Origin: a virus
Length of the DNA stretch: 64,000 nucleotides
Strand: one strand, 5' to 3'
IMG/VR virus record: IMGVR_UViG_3300034101_006340
Coordinates: 64,001-128,000 of that record
The notes beneath the pieces were generated by a model, which had not been told where the DNA came from, did not search any database, and saw only the letters and a program-made list of their open reading frames with translations. Below, one piece after another: positions 9,262 through 19,800 of this stretch (positions within the stretch are counted from its first letter, which is position 1; each line of letters starts with the position of its first letter). The position numbers and the translations under genes are program-made.

Positions 9262-10038
9262 ATGCAAAAAATATTAGTACATTCCAACGGCAATAGACAG
9301 TACAGGTCTTTAATAAGGCACTTATCTCTACTACAGAGCGAATCTATTTCTGTACAGATTAGCAATCTACATAATAATATATTTGATACTACTTATGTTT
9401 TTAAACCAGATATTTTGTTGTATCCTTTTATAGAGTATACTCAAGAAATTCATAACTATGTGGAAAATTATCATAATAAACATAAAATTATATTATATAT
9501 AGATCTTATCATAGAAAATCCCAATCTTGTTTCTTATCTTTCACAAACAAACTGCTCTTTCGTTGTCAAAAACAATACAACACAATTCAACAGCAAGGCT
9601 CTGACATTTGATTATTTATATGATGATACCATATACTATATGATCCCAGATATTATAAAAAATAATAAAGTTGCAGTCTCTTTATCTAATGATAATACAA
9701 AAAATAAAACCATACTAGAGTCCTACATATATCCAAATGAATGTGAATATCCAATAGTATTATTTAATAATCCAGAATTTAAACATCCGCAAAATATAGG
9801 TATATATAACGAACAGGATTTAAATTATGTGCTCAATACTTATTCTTATTTTGTTGATATTGATCGTGAATTTGAATTAGAAACAGCCGCTACTAATACT
9901 TTATGGTTAGACGGAAACCATGATTTTATTGAACAAATCAAGCATAATCAGATATCCAATCAGTTTACAAAAACACATGAAAAATATCGTGTTTCTAATT
10001 TTATGAAAGAACAACTTATACCATACCTAGGACTATAA
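9262..10038 (+). CDS. Hypothetical protein (possibly GT-B-like)
   Basis: 258-aa ORF in the same operon; FKPDILLY and EQDLNYVLNTYSYFVD are weakly GT-B-like. Confidence 0.55.
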   Translation: MQKILVHSNGNRQYRSLIRHLSLLQSESISVQISNLHNNIFDTTYVFKPDILLYPFIEYTQEIHNYVENYHNKHKIILYIDLIIENPNLVSYLSQTNCSFVVKNNTTQFNSKALTFDYLYDDTIYYMIPDIIKNNKVAVSLSNDNTKNKTILESYIYPNECEYPIVLFNNPEFKHPQNIGIYNEQDLNYVLNTYSYFVDIDREFELETAATNTLWLDGNHDFIEQIKHNQISNQFTKTHEKYRVSNFMKEQLIPYLGL

Positions 10039-10039
10039 T

Positions 10040-10507
10040 ATGAATATAGGATTTTATCTACCAAATATTAATCAACAAATTGAGGAACACAGATATATTG
10101 TTGAGAATATTAATAAACTATGTGAATTGAGACCATATGATCATATTGTAATATTTAATAATTATTTCCAGCTTCTGGATTCAAATAAAAAATATTATAT
10201 ATTATCAGCCAATCATGCAAAATACTTTAGAGGTATTTTATTCTTGTTTGATACACAAAGCGCGTTTTTGACTCAAACTTTTCCTGGTCCAGATAAACAG
10301 ATTTTATATATGCAAACACCTGAGTGGGCGGAGCGTTCAAATGTTCCGTATATGATGTGGCATAATATATACTTAAATAATAAATTTGAAACATTAGCAG
10401 GAAATGATGATATTGCTAAGTTGCTCGATATTTGCTGGAAACCACCTCTAGCCAAAATAGATAAATTTAATTATAAAGAGGTTAATAATGTTATACAACG
10501 AATATGA
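10040..10507 (+). CDS. Hypothetical protein (possibly GT-B N-domain-like)
   Basis: 155-aa ORF starting MNIGFYLP, 1 nt after the previous stop. Confidence 0.55.
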   Translation: MNIGFYLPNINQQIEEHRYIVENINKLCELRPYDHIVIFNNYFQLLDSNKKYYILSANHAKYFRGILFLFDTQSAFLTQTFPGPDKQILYMQTPEWAERSNVPYMMWHNIYLNNKFETLAGNDDIAKLLDICWKPPLAKIDKFNYKEVNNVIQRI

Positions 10508-11270
10508 CGAAAGTGGCAAAAAAAAATTATTACAAAAGCTTTATTTGCAAGAAAATAAAAGCTTTCAAGAAATTGCTGAGCTATATCATACATATCCTAA
10601 TAAAATTAGAAGAGACGCTATTAAATTTAAAATACAAATTAGAGATAAAAGCCTAGCACAAAAAAACGCATTAAAAACAGGAAAACACAAACATCCAACC
10701 AAAGGAACAAAAAGATCTGAATCCACAAAAACAAAAATTGGACAAAGCATTATTCAACAGTGGGAGAATATGGATGATGGAACCAAAAAAACGAGAAAAG
10801 AAAAAGCAAAACACTTATGGAATAGCCTTAGCGAAGATGAAAAACAAGAAAGACTAATTGCTGCTAATCAAGCGGTTCGAACAACAAGCAAAACAGGATC
10901 TAAACTAGAACACTATTTATTAAAATGTCTAATTAATGATAACTATAAAGTTGAATTTCACAAAGAACAGATTTTATCAAACACCAAGTTGCAACTTGAC
11001 CTGTTTCTGCCTACTATGAATATTGCGATAGAGATCGATGGACCTTCTCATTTTCTTCCAGTTTGGGGAGAAGAATCGTTAGCAAAAAATCAAAAGTATG
11101 ATAGAAAAAAATCTGGTTTGATCATTGGAAAAGGACTAAAATTAATAAGAATAAAACAGATACATGATTTTTCAAATGCTAGAGCACATCAAGTATATAT
11201 GTCTTTAAAACTACTATTAGATAATAAACAGGCTTTCGCTAATTCGAACATTCTAGAAATAGAGGATTAA
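10488..11270 (+). CDS. Free-standing endonuclease: N-terminal HTH/NUMOD3-like DNA-binding region plus Vsr/DUF559-like PD-(D/E)xK domain
   Basis: SFQEIAELY (HTH), HPTKGTKRSESTKTKIG (NUMOD3-like), LDLFLPTMNIAIEIDGPSHF catalytic motif. Confidence 0.75.
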   Translation: MLYNEYDESGKKKLLQKLYLQENKSFQEIAELYHTYPNKIRRDAIKFKIQIRDKSLAQKNALKTGKHKHPTKGTKRSESTKTKIGQSIIQQWENMDDGTKKTRKEKAKHLWNSLSEDEKQERLIAANQAVRTTSKTGSKLEHYLLKCLINDNYKVEFHKEQILSNTKLQLDLFLPTMNIAIEIDGPSHFLPVWGEESLAKNQKYDRKKSGLIIGKGLKLIRIKQIHDFSNARAHQVYMSLKLLLDNKQAFANSNILEIED

Positions 11271-11271
11271 A

Positions 11272-11991
11272 ATGGCTAAAAAGGATAAGTCGGAAATAGA
11301 AACACAAGATATGAAAACTACTTCTAATCCAAAGATTACTGATTTGGAGTGGACAGATTATGTACTAGGTCTTTTATCCGATGATGAAAAAATAATGGGA
11401 AATCCTACAACCGATGGTTTAAGACGAGTATTTGAGCTGGCTATGGAGGCTAGAATAATATCATCAACCTCTCAAATCGTTCAATCTCCGTCTCCAGAGA
11501 ACGAAAAAAGAGCAACGGTTTGTCATTCTCTAACATTTCGTTTAAATCCTGGTATAGCCGACCCAGAAGGTTTAAATCTATTGACTGTAGACGGCTCAGC
11601 GGATGTGTATTGGGGCAATTGTGATAAGATTTTCCGTAATCATCCCGTCGCCGTTGCAGAAACCAGAGCAGAAGGAAGAGCTTTGAGAAGAGCATTAAGA
11701 CTTAAGAAAGTTGTTGCGGCTGAAGAACTGGCAGAATCTGTAGAAGACAATGTTGACGGATTAACGGTTACAAAAATTAGCTCTAATCAAATTAATTTTA
11801 TAGATGTTATTGCTAAAAGATTAAATATTAATGTAACCAAACTTTTTGATGAGCTTGACATTACCTATGATTCGATATATAATATTAAGCATGAACACGC
11901 TGTTTCGTCCGTTCAAAAACTGAACCACTATCAGCAAAATATGTCCAATATACCAGAGCAACTAATAGGATACCAGGACACCTGGAAATAG
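11272..11991 (+). CDS. Putative single-strand annealing protein (ERF/Sak/Rad52-like)
   Basis: AVAETRAEGRALRRAL...AAEEL matches the 'AETxAxGRAL...SAEE' signature; the C-terminal ISSNQINFI helix is typical of SSAP tails. Confidence 0.5.
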   Translation: MAKKDKSEIETQDMKTTSNPKITDLEWTDYVLGLLSDDEKIMGNPTTDGLRRVFELAMEARIISSTSQIVQSPSPENEKRATVCHSLTFRLNPGIADPEGLNLLTVDGSADVYWGNCDKIFRNHPVAVAETRAEGRALRRALRLKKVVAAEELAESVEDNVDGLTVTKISSNQINFIDVIAKRLNINVTKLFDELDITYDSIYNIKHEHAVSSVQKLNHYQQNMSNIPEQLIGYQDTWK

Positions 11992-11993
11992 CC

Positions 11994-12344
11994 ATGAAAG
12001 TAAAATATAAAGTAGGCGATAAATTAGAATTCGAACTTGAAGGCGCCGGTCAAAAAGAAATTTTTAAAGAATTAGCTATCATCCAAGAAATTTTTGCTGA
12101 AGAAAAATGTGGACTATGTGGTAGTAATAATCTTCGGTTTGTGGTTAGGAATGTAGAAGGCAACGACTATTATGAATTAAGATGTGTTGATTGCGGAGCA
12201 CTACTCGCATTTGGACAACACAAAAAAGGTGGAACTTTGTTTCCAAAAAGAAAGGACGATGAAGGCAATTGGTTACCAAACAAAGGTTGGCACAAATGGG
12301 CTCCTCAGCAACAAGAAACAGAAAACAACAAAAAGAAAAAGTAA
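11994..12344 (+). CDS. Zn-ribbon protein
   Basis: CGLCG...RCVDCG Cys pairs; basic C-terminus. Confidence 0.7.
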   Translation: MKVKYKVGDKLEFELEGAGQKEIFKELAIIQEIFAEEKCGLCGSNNLRFVVRNVEGNDYYELRCVDCGALLAFGQHKKGGTLFPKRKDDEGNWLPNKGWHKWAPQQQETENNKKKK

Positions 12345-13315
12345 CAGAAAATCGACAATTTACAAAAGAAGAAAAAATAGAATTACATTCTTTTATAACC
12401 AGTTTGGTTTTTCATACTTTTTTCTTATTGTTTTTGTCTTTAATATATGAAATTCCTGTTACAGATAAGCCCATTCTTGTTAGTTTATCTTTTAGTTCCA
12501 GCGAAGATCTTATCGAGCCAAATTTAGAAGCTACTATAGTAGATATATCAAGCTTTTCTGCTGAATCTGTACCAGAAAACCACGATCCTATAGAATCGTC
12601 TTCTATTATAGTAGAGGCTATAAACAACACCGCTGTTGATTTAGAAACCATCAGTCTTGATAATCCAGAGAATATAGATAATCGAAAATTATTATCTGAA
12701 AGTATTCCCATAGAAAGTCTAACTGCTATTGTCAATAGTTCTTTGACGGCAAGTATCGATAAAGAAACAGACGCGCCGGCGCAAGAAACACAAACCAATG
12801 TTTTAGAGGATCTAATCAAAACAACCTCTGCTGGACTATTGGCACAAAATAAAACTGCTAATATGTTTCGTGGTCGCTCTGGACCTATAAACAGAGCAGG
12901 AACTGGAATCTCCCAAAGACTAACGGAGGCTGGTGCTCAAACAGGAGACATTCAAATATCTATAGCCTGGGACACTATAGATGATATAGATTTACATGTG
13001 ATAGTAAATACTAATGGTCATTTAGATATAATTAATTGGACACGACGAATTGGTACCGGTGGTGGTATGCTGGACGTGGATATGAATGCCAATAATACTG
13101 CTTTAGTAAATCAACCAGTAGAAAATATATTTTGGCCACATAAATCCTATCCTAGGGGTTCTTTTATGGTGGGAATTCATTTTTTCAGATCTTGGACAGG
13201 AAATAGACAAGTACCTGTTTTAGTTAGGGTGAAAAACGGAGACCATATAGAAACTTTTAATGTAGTTGCCATAATAGGTAATAGCGTACAAGAAGTAACA
13301 AGATTTAGTTACTAG
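12269..13315 (+). CDS. Membrane-anchored YfaP/DUF2135-like protein (start uncertain)
   Basis: TM helix FITSLVFHTFFLLFLSLIY, acidic linker, then DIQISIAWDTIDDIDLHV...GGMLDVD...VENIFWP...GSFMVGIHFF. Confidence 0.7.
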   Translation: MVTKQRLAQMGSSATRNRKQQKEKVTENRQFTKEEKIELHSFITSLVFHTFFLLFLSLIYEIPVTDKPILVSLSFSSSEDLIEPNLEATIVDISSFSAESVPENHDPIESSSIIVEAINNTAVDLETISLDNPENIDNRKLLSESIPIESLTAIVNSSLTASIDKETDAPAQETQTNVLEDLIKTTSAGLLAQNKTANMFRGRSGPINRAGTGISQRLTEAGAQTGDIQISIAWDTIDDIDLHVIVNTNGHLDIINWTRRIGTGGGMLDVDMNANNTALVNQPVENIFWPHKSYPRGSFMVGIHFFRSWTGNRQVPVLVRVKNGDHIETFNVVAIIGNSVQEVTRFSY

Positions 13316-13808
13316 GACTATCTATAATAGGACCCCACTTATTGATTGGACAGGCGTGTCTCTTATGTGCTAGTTTATTATTAAAGTTTTTATCTCTAAC
13401 AACTACACACCCACACAATAAGCAAGAACTATCTTTAAAATGTTCGCACTTATGACAAATATCTAATCTTTCATCTATCTGTTCTTTGCTGCACATAATA
13501 TCAGATGGTTCTGTTGGTGTGGGCATGTTCTGCATATCTGGGATTGGTTGTCTTTCGAGATCTACTTGTTGAGAGACCAATGCTTTAAATTGTGCTTCTG
13601 ATTCAGCATGAAGATTTAAAACTTTATGTTGTTTAGGTAATATTTCGTTTTCAATTTGTGTCATTACTTCATTATGTTTTTTAAAACATATGATATTAAT
13701 TGTAGGATCTTCTAAAGCTAATTGAGATCCACAATACGAGCATTTATAAATTTTTTTATCACGAAATATTTTACCGGTATCCTCAAAATTACAAAATGAT
13801 AAACTCAT
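13305..13808 (-). CDS. Cys-rich small protein (DUF6171-like C-terminus)
   Basis: RLDICHKCEHF...CLLCGC...ACPINKW plus an N-terminal CSYCG; last gene of the tail module. Confidence 0.7.
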   Translation of the reverse strand: MSLSFCNFEDTGKIFRDKKIYKCSYCGSQLALEDPTINIICFKKHNEVMTQIENEILPKQHKVLNLHAESEAQFKALVSQQVDLERQPIPDMQNMPTPTEPSDIMCSKEQIDERLDICHKCEHFKDSSCLLCGCVVVRDKNFNNKLAHKRHACPINKWGPIIDSPSN

Positions 13809-13816
13809 AATTAATC

Positions 13817-16800
13817 CTATGATGAAAAAGGAGCATTAATAGTACTACAGGAAAGATCAATACCTTCATTTCTTGTTACGCCTAAATCAGACATACAACA
13901 AAAATCTGCGCTGCCACAAATAAATACCTTATGTCTATAATAACAAGAAATACCACCATCGCAATTAGATGCCTGATAATATGTGGGATGCGTATGAGTA
14001 TATGAGGCTCCTTCAATATTACCCGTTCGATTCACAGTAAATAGATAAGCTTGATATGGGGCTAAATTAGAAGCATACGCACTAGGAAATGGTACATTTG
14101 AACAATGATGAGAGGTATTATTACTACTAACGTAAAGATTATCAGCAGTGCATATAATATTATTGTCATTACGCATTATATCTTGTATTGTTACCGGTCT
14201 AATATAGCTATATGTAAAATAGAAAGCATGTGTTGTAGAAACATCATTAACAATATTACCGGTTCTGGTTATGCTTGCTCCTCCACTATTAAAGCTTTCT
14301 GTTATCACATCACTAACAGAACCAGGGATTACGCCTTCTATAATATCTTCAGTAGGAATATGGCTACTTCCCTTAGCCAAGTATTGGTATCGGCTTCTCA
14401 TCTGATTTGCAAGACGCCACTGTGTTTCTGGTACTTCATAGCCAGCAATCGTACTACTCATACTACAGGATAAGCCTTTTAAACACTCATAGACCACGTT
14501 GAATAATAGATCGTCGTTTCCATACATTAAACTACCAAGCTGACCACACCCATATTCAACCTCTCCTCCTCCGCATTGATGAGCCCAAGAAGCATGATTG
14601 TAAAAAGATTGCCACCCACCACCTACCACACCTGGATTATTGACGCTACAAGAAGTAAATGTTGCTAATAAACATCTGCGAGATTCGGTTTTGGTGACAA
14701 ATGCCTGTCTTTGTTCAGGAACAAAAACTTTTAGAGCAGATGATAAGCACTGATCACAACTGCTCTCAATATTGTCTATTAAAGATAGCTGCGACATCGT
14801 AGAATTAATGCTAATTCTTGGACATCTTAATAGTGTTCGACTAAAACACATACTTTTTCCGCCAATGGTCAATGTGATAGCCGAACTACTATAAGAGATC
14901 GTACATAATGAACTAGCGCACAAAGGATTATACGGAGAATTAGTTGTGGTTGTTGTTGATAAATATAGTCTATTTTTTGATAAAATATTATGACTACCAG
15001 TACGGCCAACCCCACAAAAATGACAATATTCATCACATTTACCAGAAGGATATTCAAACCCACTATCAATATCGTCGCACGGGGCTGTATAAGAAGATTC
15101 TGGAGTATAACAAAAATCACAGTCTCCTGTCGAACAACCCCCTGATGAATTAAGGCTACTAAATGGGGTTGGACAACCTATAAACACACATCCTTTATAA
15201 CCGTCCTGGCACTCACCCCCTGCTCCAGCTACAGGAATACATACGGTGGTTGGTGTTGGTGGAACATAACCATTCGTTTGATCTGAACAAACATAACCAA
15301 CTGCTTGAGTAACACCAAGTAACATATTATTTTTTCTTAAATTATCTAGTTGATCTCTTGTAAGGCCCATAACAGGATATGTTGTACAATTTGCTGTTTC
15401 TGTTCGTACAACCGTTGTTCCTGGCTCAACATTACCACATTGATCATATCCAGTATCAAAAAAGTTAGTATAACAATCGGGTGGTCTTGGTTGTACTATA
15501 ATTGGAGAACCATCGAATTGATGAACTTGCCTATAGATATGTCCAAATAAATTAAAATTAGTTCTACAATACTGCCAGTCATATTCAAAATTGACAGATG
15601 TTTCTTCTTGAAGCGTTTCATCACATGTTTGACAATTATTTTTTCTACAATAACCAACATCAAATGATGTGCATGGTCCAGAACCTATACCGTATGAATA
15701 CCCTAATCCATTACACGGAGGCGTTCTTTGCGTTGTGAAAGGAGCCATAAATCCAACAGAACCAACTTGTGGTTGACCACAAACACATTGTCTAAGATGA
15801 TTTGGGCCCCAGCTGGTCACACTAAGAGCAACGCATCCTCCGCCACACGGACCGGCTGGACCACAACAACAATCTCCTGGTTGTCCAGCACCCGCCTCTC
15901 CATAAGCATTACCCCAACCAATTCCGCAGCTAGTAGAAGAAGACACTATATTTTGCAGATTAGGCGGACTCGATGAGTCATAAGCAAAGGCTAGTTGATA
16001 ATATTGATAACTATCATAATATAGACATTCTCCTTGATAAACTATACTAGTATTATTATCTGGTGGAGCAGGTGGTGGCGGGTCTGCGTCTGGAGCCACA
16101 TTCAATATAACATAAGAAGAGGAGGTGGTTACACCAGAGTATAGTAGAACTTCTAACTTATTACCAAAATATGGTATAGATATACTGCTTGTAGCGACAG
16201 CATAAATATTACCAGAACGATTTTCTATAACAATGGTAATGGTTAAATCATCTATAGATAGTGTTGTGGTTGATCCAATAGAAGCAACCCCGTTTATAGT
16301 AAAAGATCCATTTAAATTAAAATTAGAAGTAGCTGCTTTATCATAATTATATAAAATTTGAGAATATATATCTTCTGCTGTTATTCTAGGATCAGTATAA
16401 TTAATAATATCTTGTTTATTATATATTAAATTATCAATAAAATACATTTGTTTATTTACGTACTGTGCTTGTCCATATAAAATTCTAAATAACATTTCAT
16501 TAGCAACACTATCTATAGGATAAGATAATGGAGTGCTAACATTAGTGTCTAGAATTGTACTTTGGAATACAGGAGAAGAAGAATTTAATCTATAATTTGA
16601 GGGTAAAATAAAAGCAGAAGAACATGAATCAGATACATTATCAATACTATTATTGGTTGTTAAAGAAAATCTTTTGATCTCTACTAATGAATCATTACCT
16701 ATTATATTATAGATACCAGCATCGTATGCCAACGCATAATTAATAGAACCACCACCAATAGTCTGTGTAGAGTTTGAAGCAATTCTATAATTTGCTTTTA

Positions 16801-19800
16801 ATTCTAAATTAGCAGCTTTAGCTAAGCCATGATCATTAGATCCAAAACATCCAGTGTTGTCACAAGTACCATCGTCACGATCTCCATAAATAGGGTAGAC
16901 CCAAAACGGTTGTCTTCTATTTACATTAGTCATAACGTAAGACGAAGAGTTATCAAAAACAGCAGCACTACTACTAGCATTATAATTAGTAATATTATTA
17001 GGAGAAAATCTTCGTCTATATGTAACATTTGGAGTCAGTTCTCTAGTAGACTGTGTTGTACTATTAAGCCAAAATGTTGGCTGATCTATACGGAGAGTTT
17101 CTGTATAAAAATCTGATGCTGGTACAAATGTTCCTTCCATAGAAGCGCCAGAAGGAAAATCTATCCAGAACTTACCATCTCCATAAGGCTCATATCCTTC
17201 GTCCGGCTTAGAAGTATATGTAACATTACTAACATTAATAGTTCCACTATTAGGCAAAGAAGGATCTGTTGGTACAGAAATATTAAGTAAATTAAGATCT
17301 ATTAAAGGTATAAAGTTATGATACTTATCAGAATCTATCGTGTAGGTTTTAGAATTATCGCCTATACCATATTTATGTAATATACTATAATATATATTTT
17401 CTGGCCCATTGTCTCTGGTGCCTGTCACCAGTGAAACAGTATTAGCAGCATCAGTAATTTTATATATATGTTTTTTAGAATGATTATTAATAATCATTTG
17501 CTGGAATAAATTGTTATACGTAGACTTTGGATATATATCCTCTATAGGATATTGAGCGTCTACAATTGCATCAACTAGTCTTCCATTATAGTTAATCACA
17601 TCTCCCCATTTTCCAGGAATATAACTATTATTGAGTAGTGGATTGTTTTCTGCTATTGGGGCACTTATTTGTCCCAGTACTAACGATGTTCCTGTTGTGG
17701 GAAAGATATTATATACTCTAACATTTTGTGGAACAGAATTTTGTAGTTTGAAAAGCGTGTACGGTTGCATATATACGTCGTCTGTGTTAAAATTTTTAAC
17801 TTGACTACCGTTTTTGTTTTTATAAGAAACATATATGCTTTTTTCTAAAATCGTATTAGAACTACTAATTAAGGTGGTATCTGAATATAATGTAATAGGA
17901 TATGAACAGGATTTTTTAGTATTATATACATATCCTTGTCTATTAATTTTATCAAACGCAATATGCGTATCGCTAAAATAATGATCTAAATAAGAAAATT
18001 CTGAATATATATAAGACGATCTTAATGTTGGTTGTGTCGGTTTAATGCATATCCAGTGTGTATTATCATTAAAAACAATAGTGGTTCCATAACTAAAATT
18101 ACTGGGGGCTACAAAAAGAGATATATCGTCCATTGACGCTAAATTAGTCTGAATAGCTGGGTCTTGTTCCGGAATCAAAAAGTATGCTCTTATCCCAGGT
18201 ATGCGAATCTCATAATCTGAGGATGGATCTACTTTACAAATATTTTTTGAAAAAGGAAACGGCGTTTGTTCGTCATACAACGGAAATGAATTGTTCCAAT
18301 TTGAATTTTTGATAAAACTAAAGTTGATATGTTTACGAACAGGAGTTAATAATAATCCAGGCAAGTTTTTTGTATTAATTTCTGTATTATATTCAAAAAA
18401 AGAAGGAGATCCGGGATATTTTATATTATTAACAAGAAAGCAACCTATATTAGAACCAGTATATTTATACCATTTATTATTAGATTGAATATATAATCTT
18501 AATTTTTTATGATAATCAAATTCATTTAAACTATTTATAACATTTATAACTCTATTATTAATGTTGCCATAAAAAACTTTGCCAGTAGGAAAATCAGCAT
18601 TTGTTAATTCATTGGTATAAAGAATATTTCCACTAATAGGACTTTTACCGTTTGCAGAACCAATCAAGCCCTTATTCGGGTCAAAGAACCCTTCCGTTAA
18701 AGTGCCCATGGATTGTAATGGTGGTATTTTAAATAATAGCTTATGTGAATTAAATTTTTGAGTAAAATTTAGAGTAACAGCAGCTGTTTCATCTCCTCGT
18801 TGAGGATCTCCAATCTTTGTAGTTCCATTATTAGAAAAAATATAGGTGTTTTGTAAATTACCAGACGGAGGATAAAGAACAGATTCAGCATTTCCTCCTC
18901 TAGCAGACATGGCAGCAGCTAAAAACGGATTTTGTAGTTGTACAGTAAATGATGTTGCGCCATCAGTAATTGGAGCTGTTTGGCCGCCATATAATACTGT
19001 GCTACTATTAATAGTGACTTTAGTAGCAAATCTTTTAGATTTAATGATAGGTTGATACATCGTGTAATAATCGGTAATCTGACCATCACCACCCCCTACT
19101 TGATATATAACAAAATTGTATCTAGGACCAGATAAGTCCACATCTTCATTTACCGTAACATATAAATCAGCATTGGGATTTTTGCCTTGAACACTTAGAT
19201 TCCATATGGTATTGGTATAATTATGTAGAGTAATCGATGCTGTACTATTGCACCCAAATGGTGTTCTTGGATTTGTATATGAAGATAACACTGGTATAAT
19301 ACCACCACCAATAACAATTCCAGAGCCAAAAATAGAATTTAAATAATCTTGTGAAAATCCTCCATATTGTTTTAAACGAGGAGAATACCGAGTAGATAAT
19401 CCAGGAGTAAATATATTAGAACTAGAGATTTGATTAGGGTTAGGATTATCACAATCTGTGGGTCTACTAATAGTATCGACAGATATAATAGGCAAGCATT
19501 TACAAGTACCACTAACAGGGAATCTTTTGCATGAATAGGTTGATGATGATGATGTTTGTAAATATTCCGCTGATATATTATAAATTTTAATTCCAACATT
19601 ATTAGTATCAAATTGTATATAAATATTTGACGCAGAACCAGCGCTGGTTGTATTGAACTCAAATGCTGCAAATGCATCTAATTTAAATGGTGGACTATTA
19701 ATAAAAACACCATTATTTTGATGAAAAGCTACGCTGTCTATGTACGGATTAAAAAATAAAGCAGGATACGATCTAACAAATCTTTTGGTGCCATCTGATA

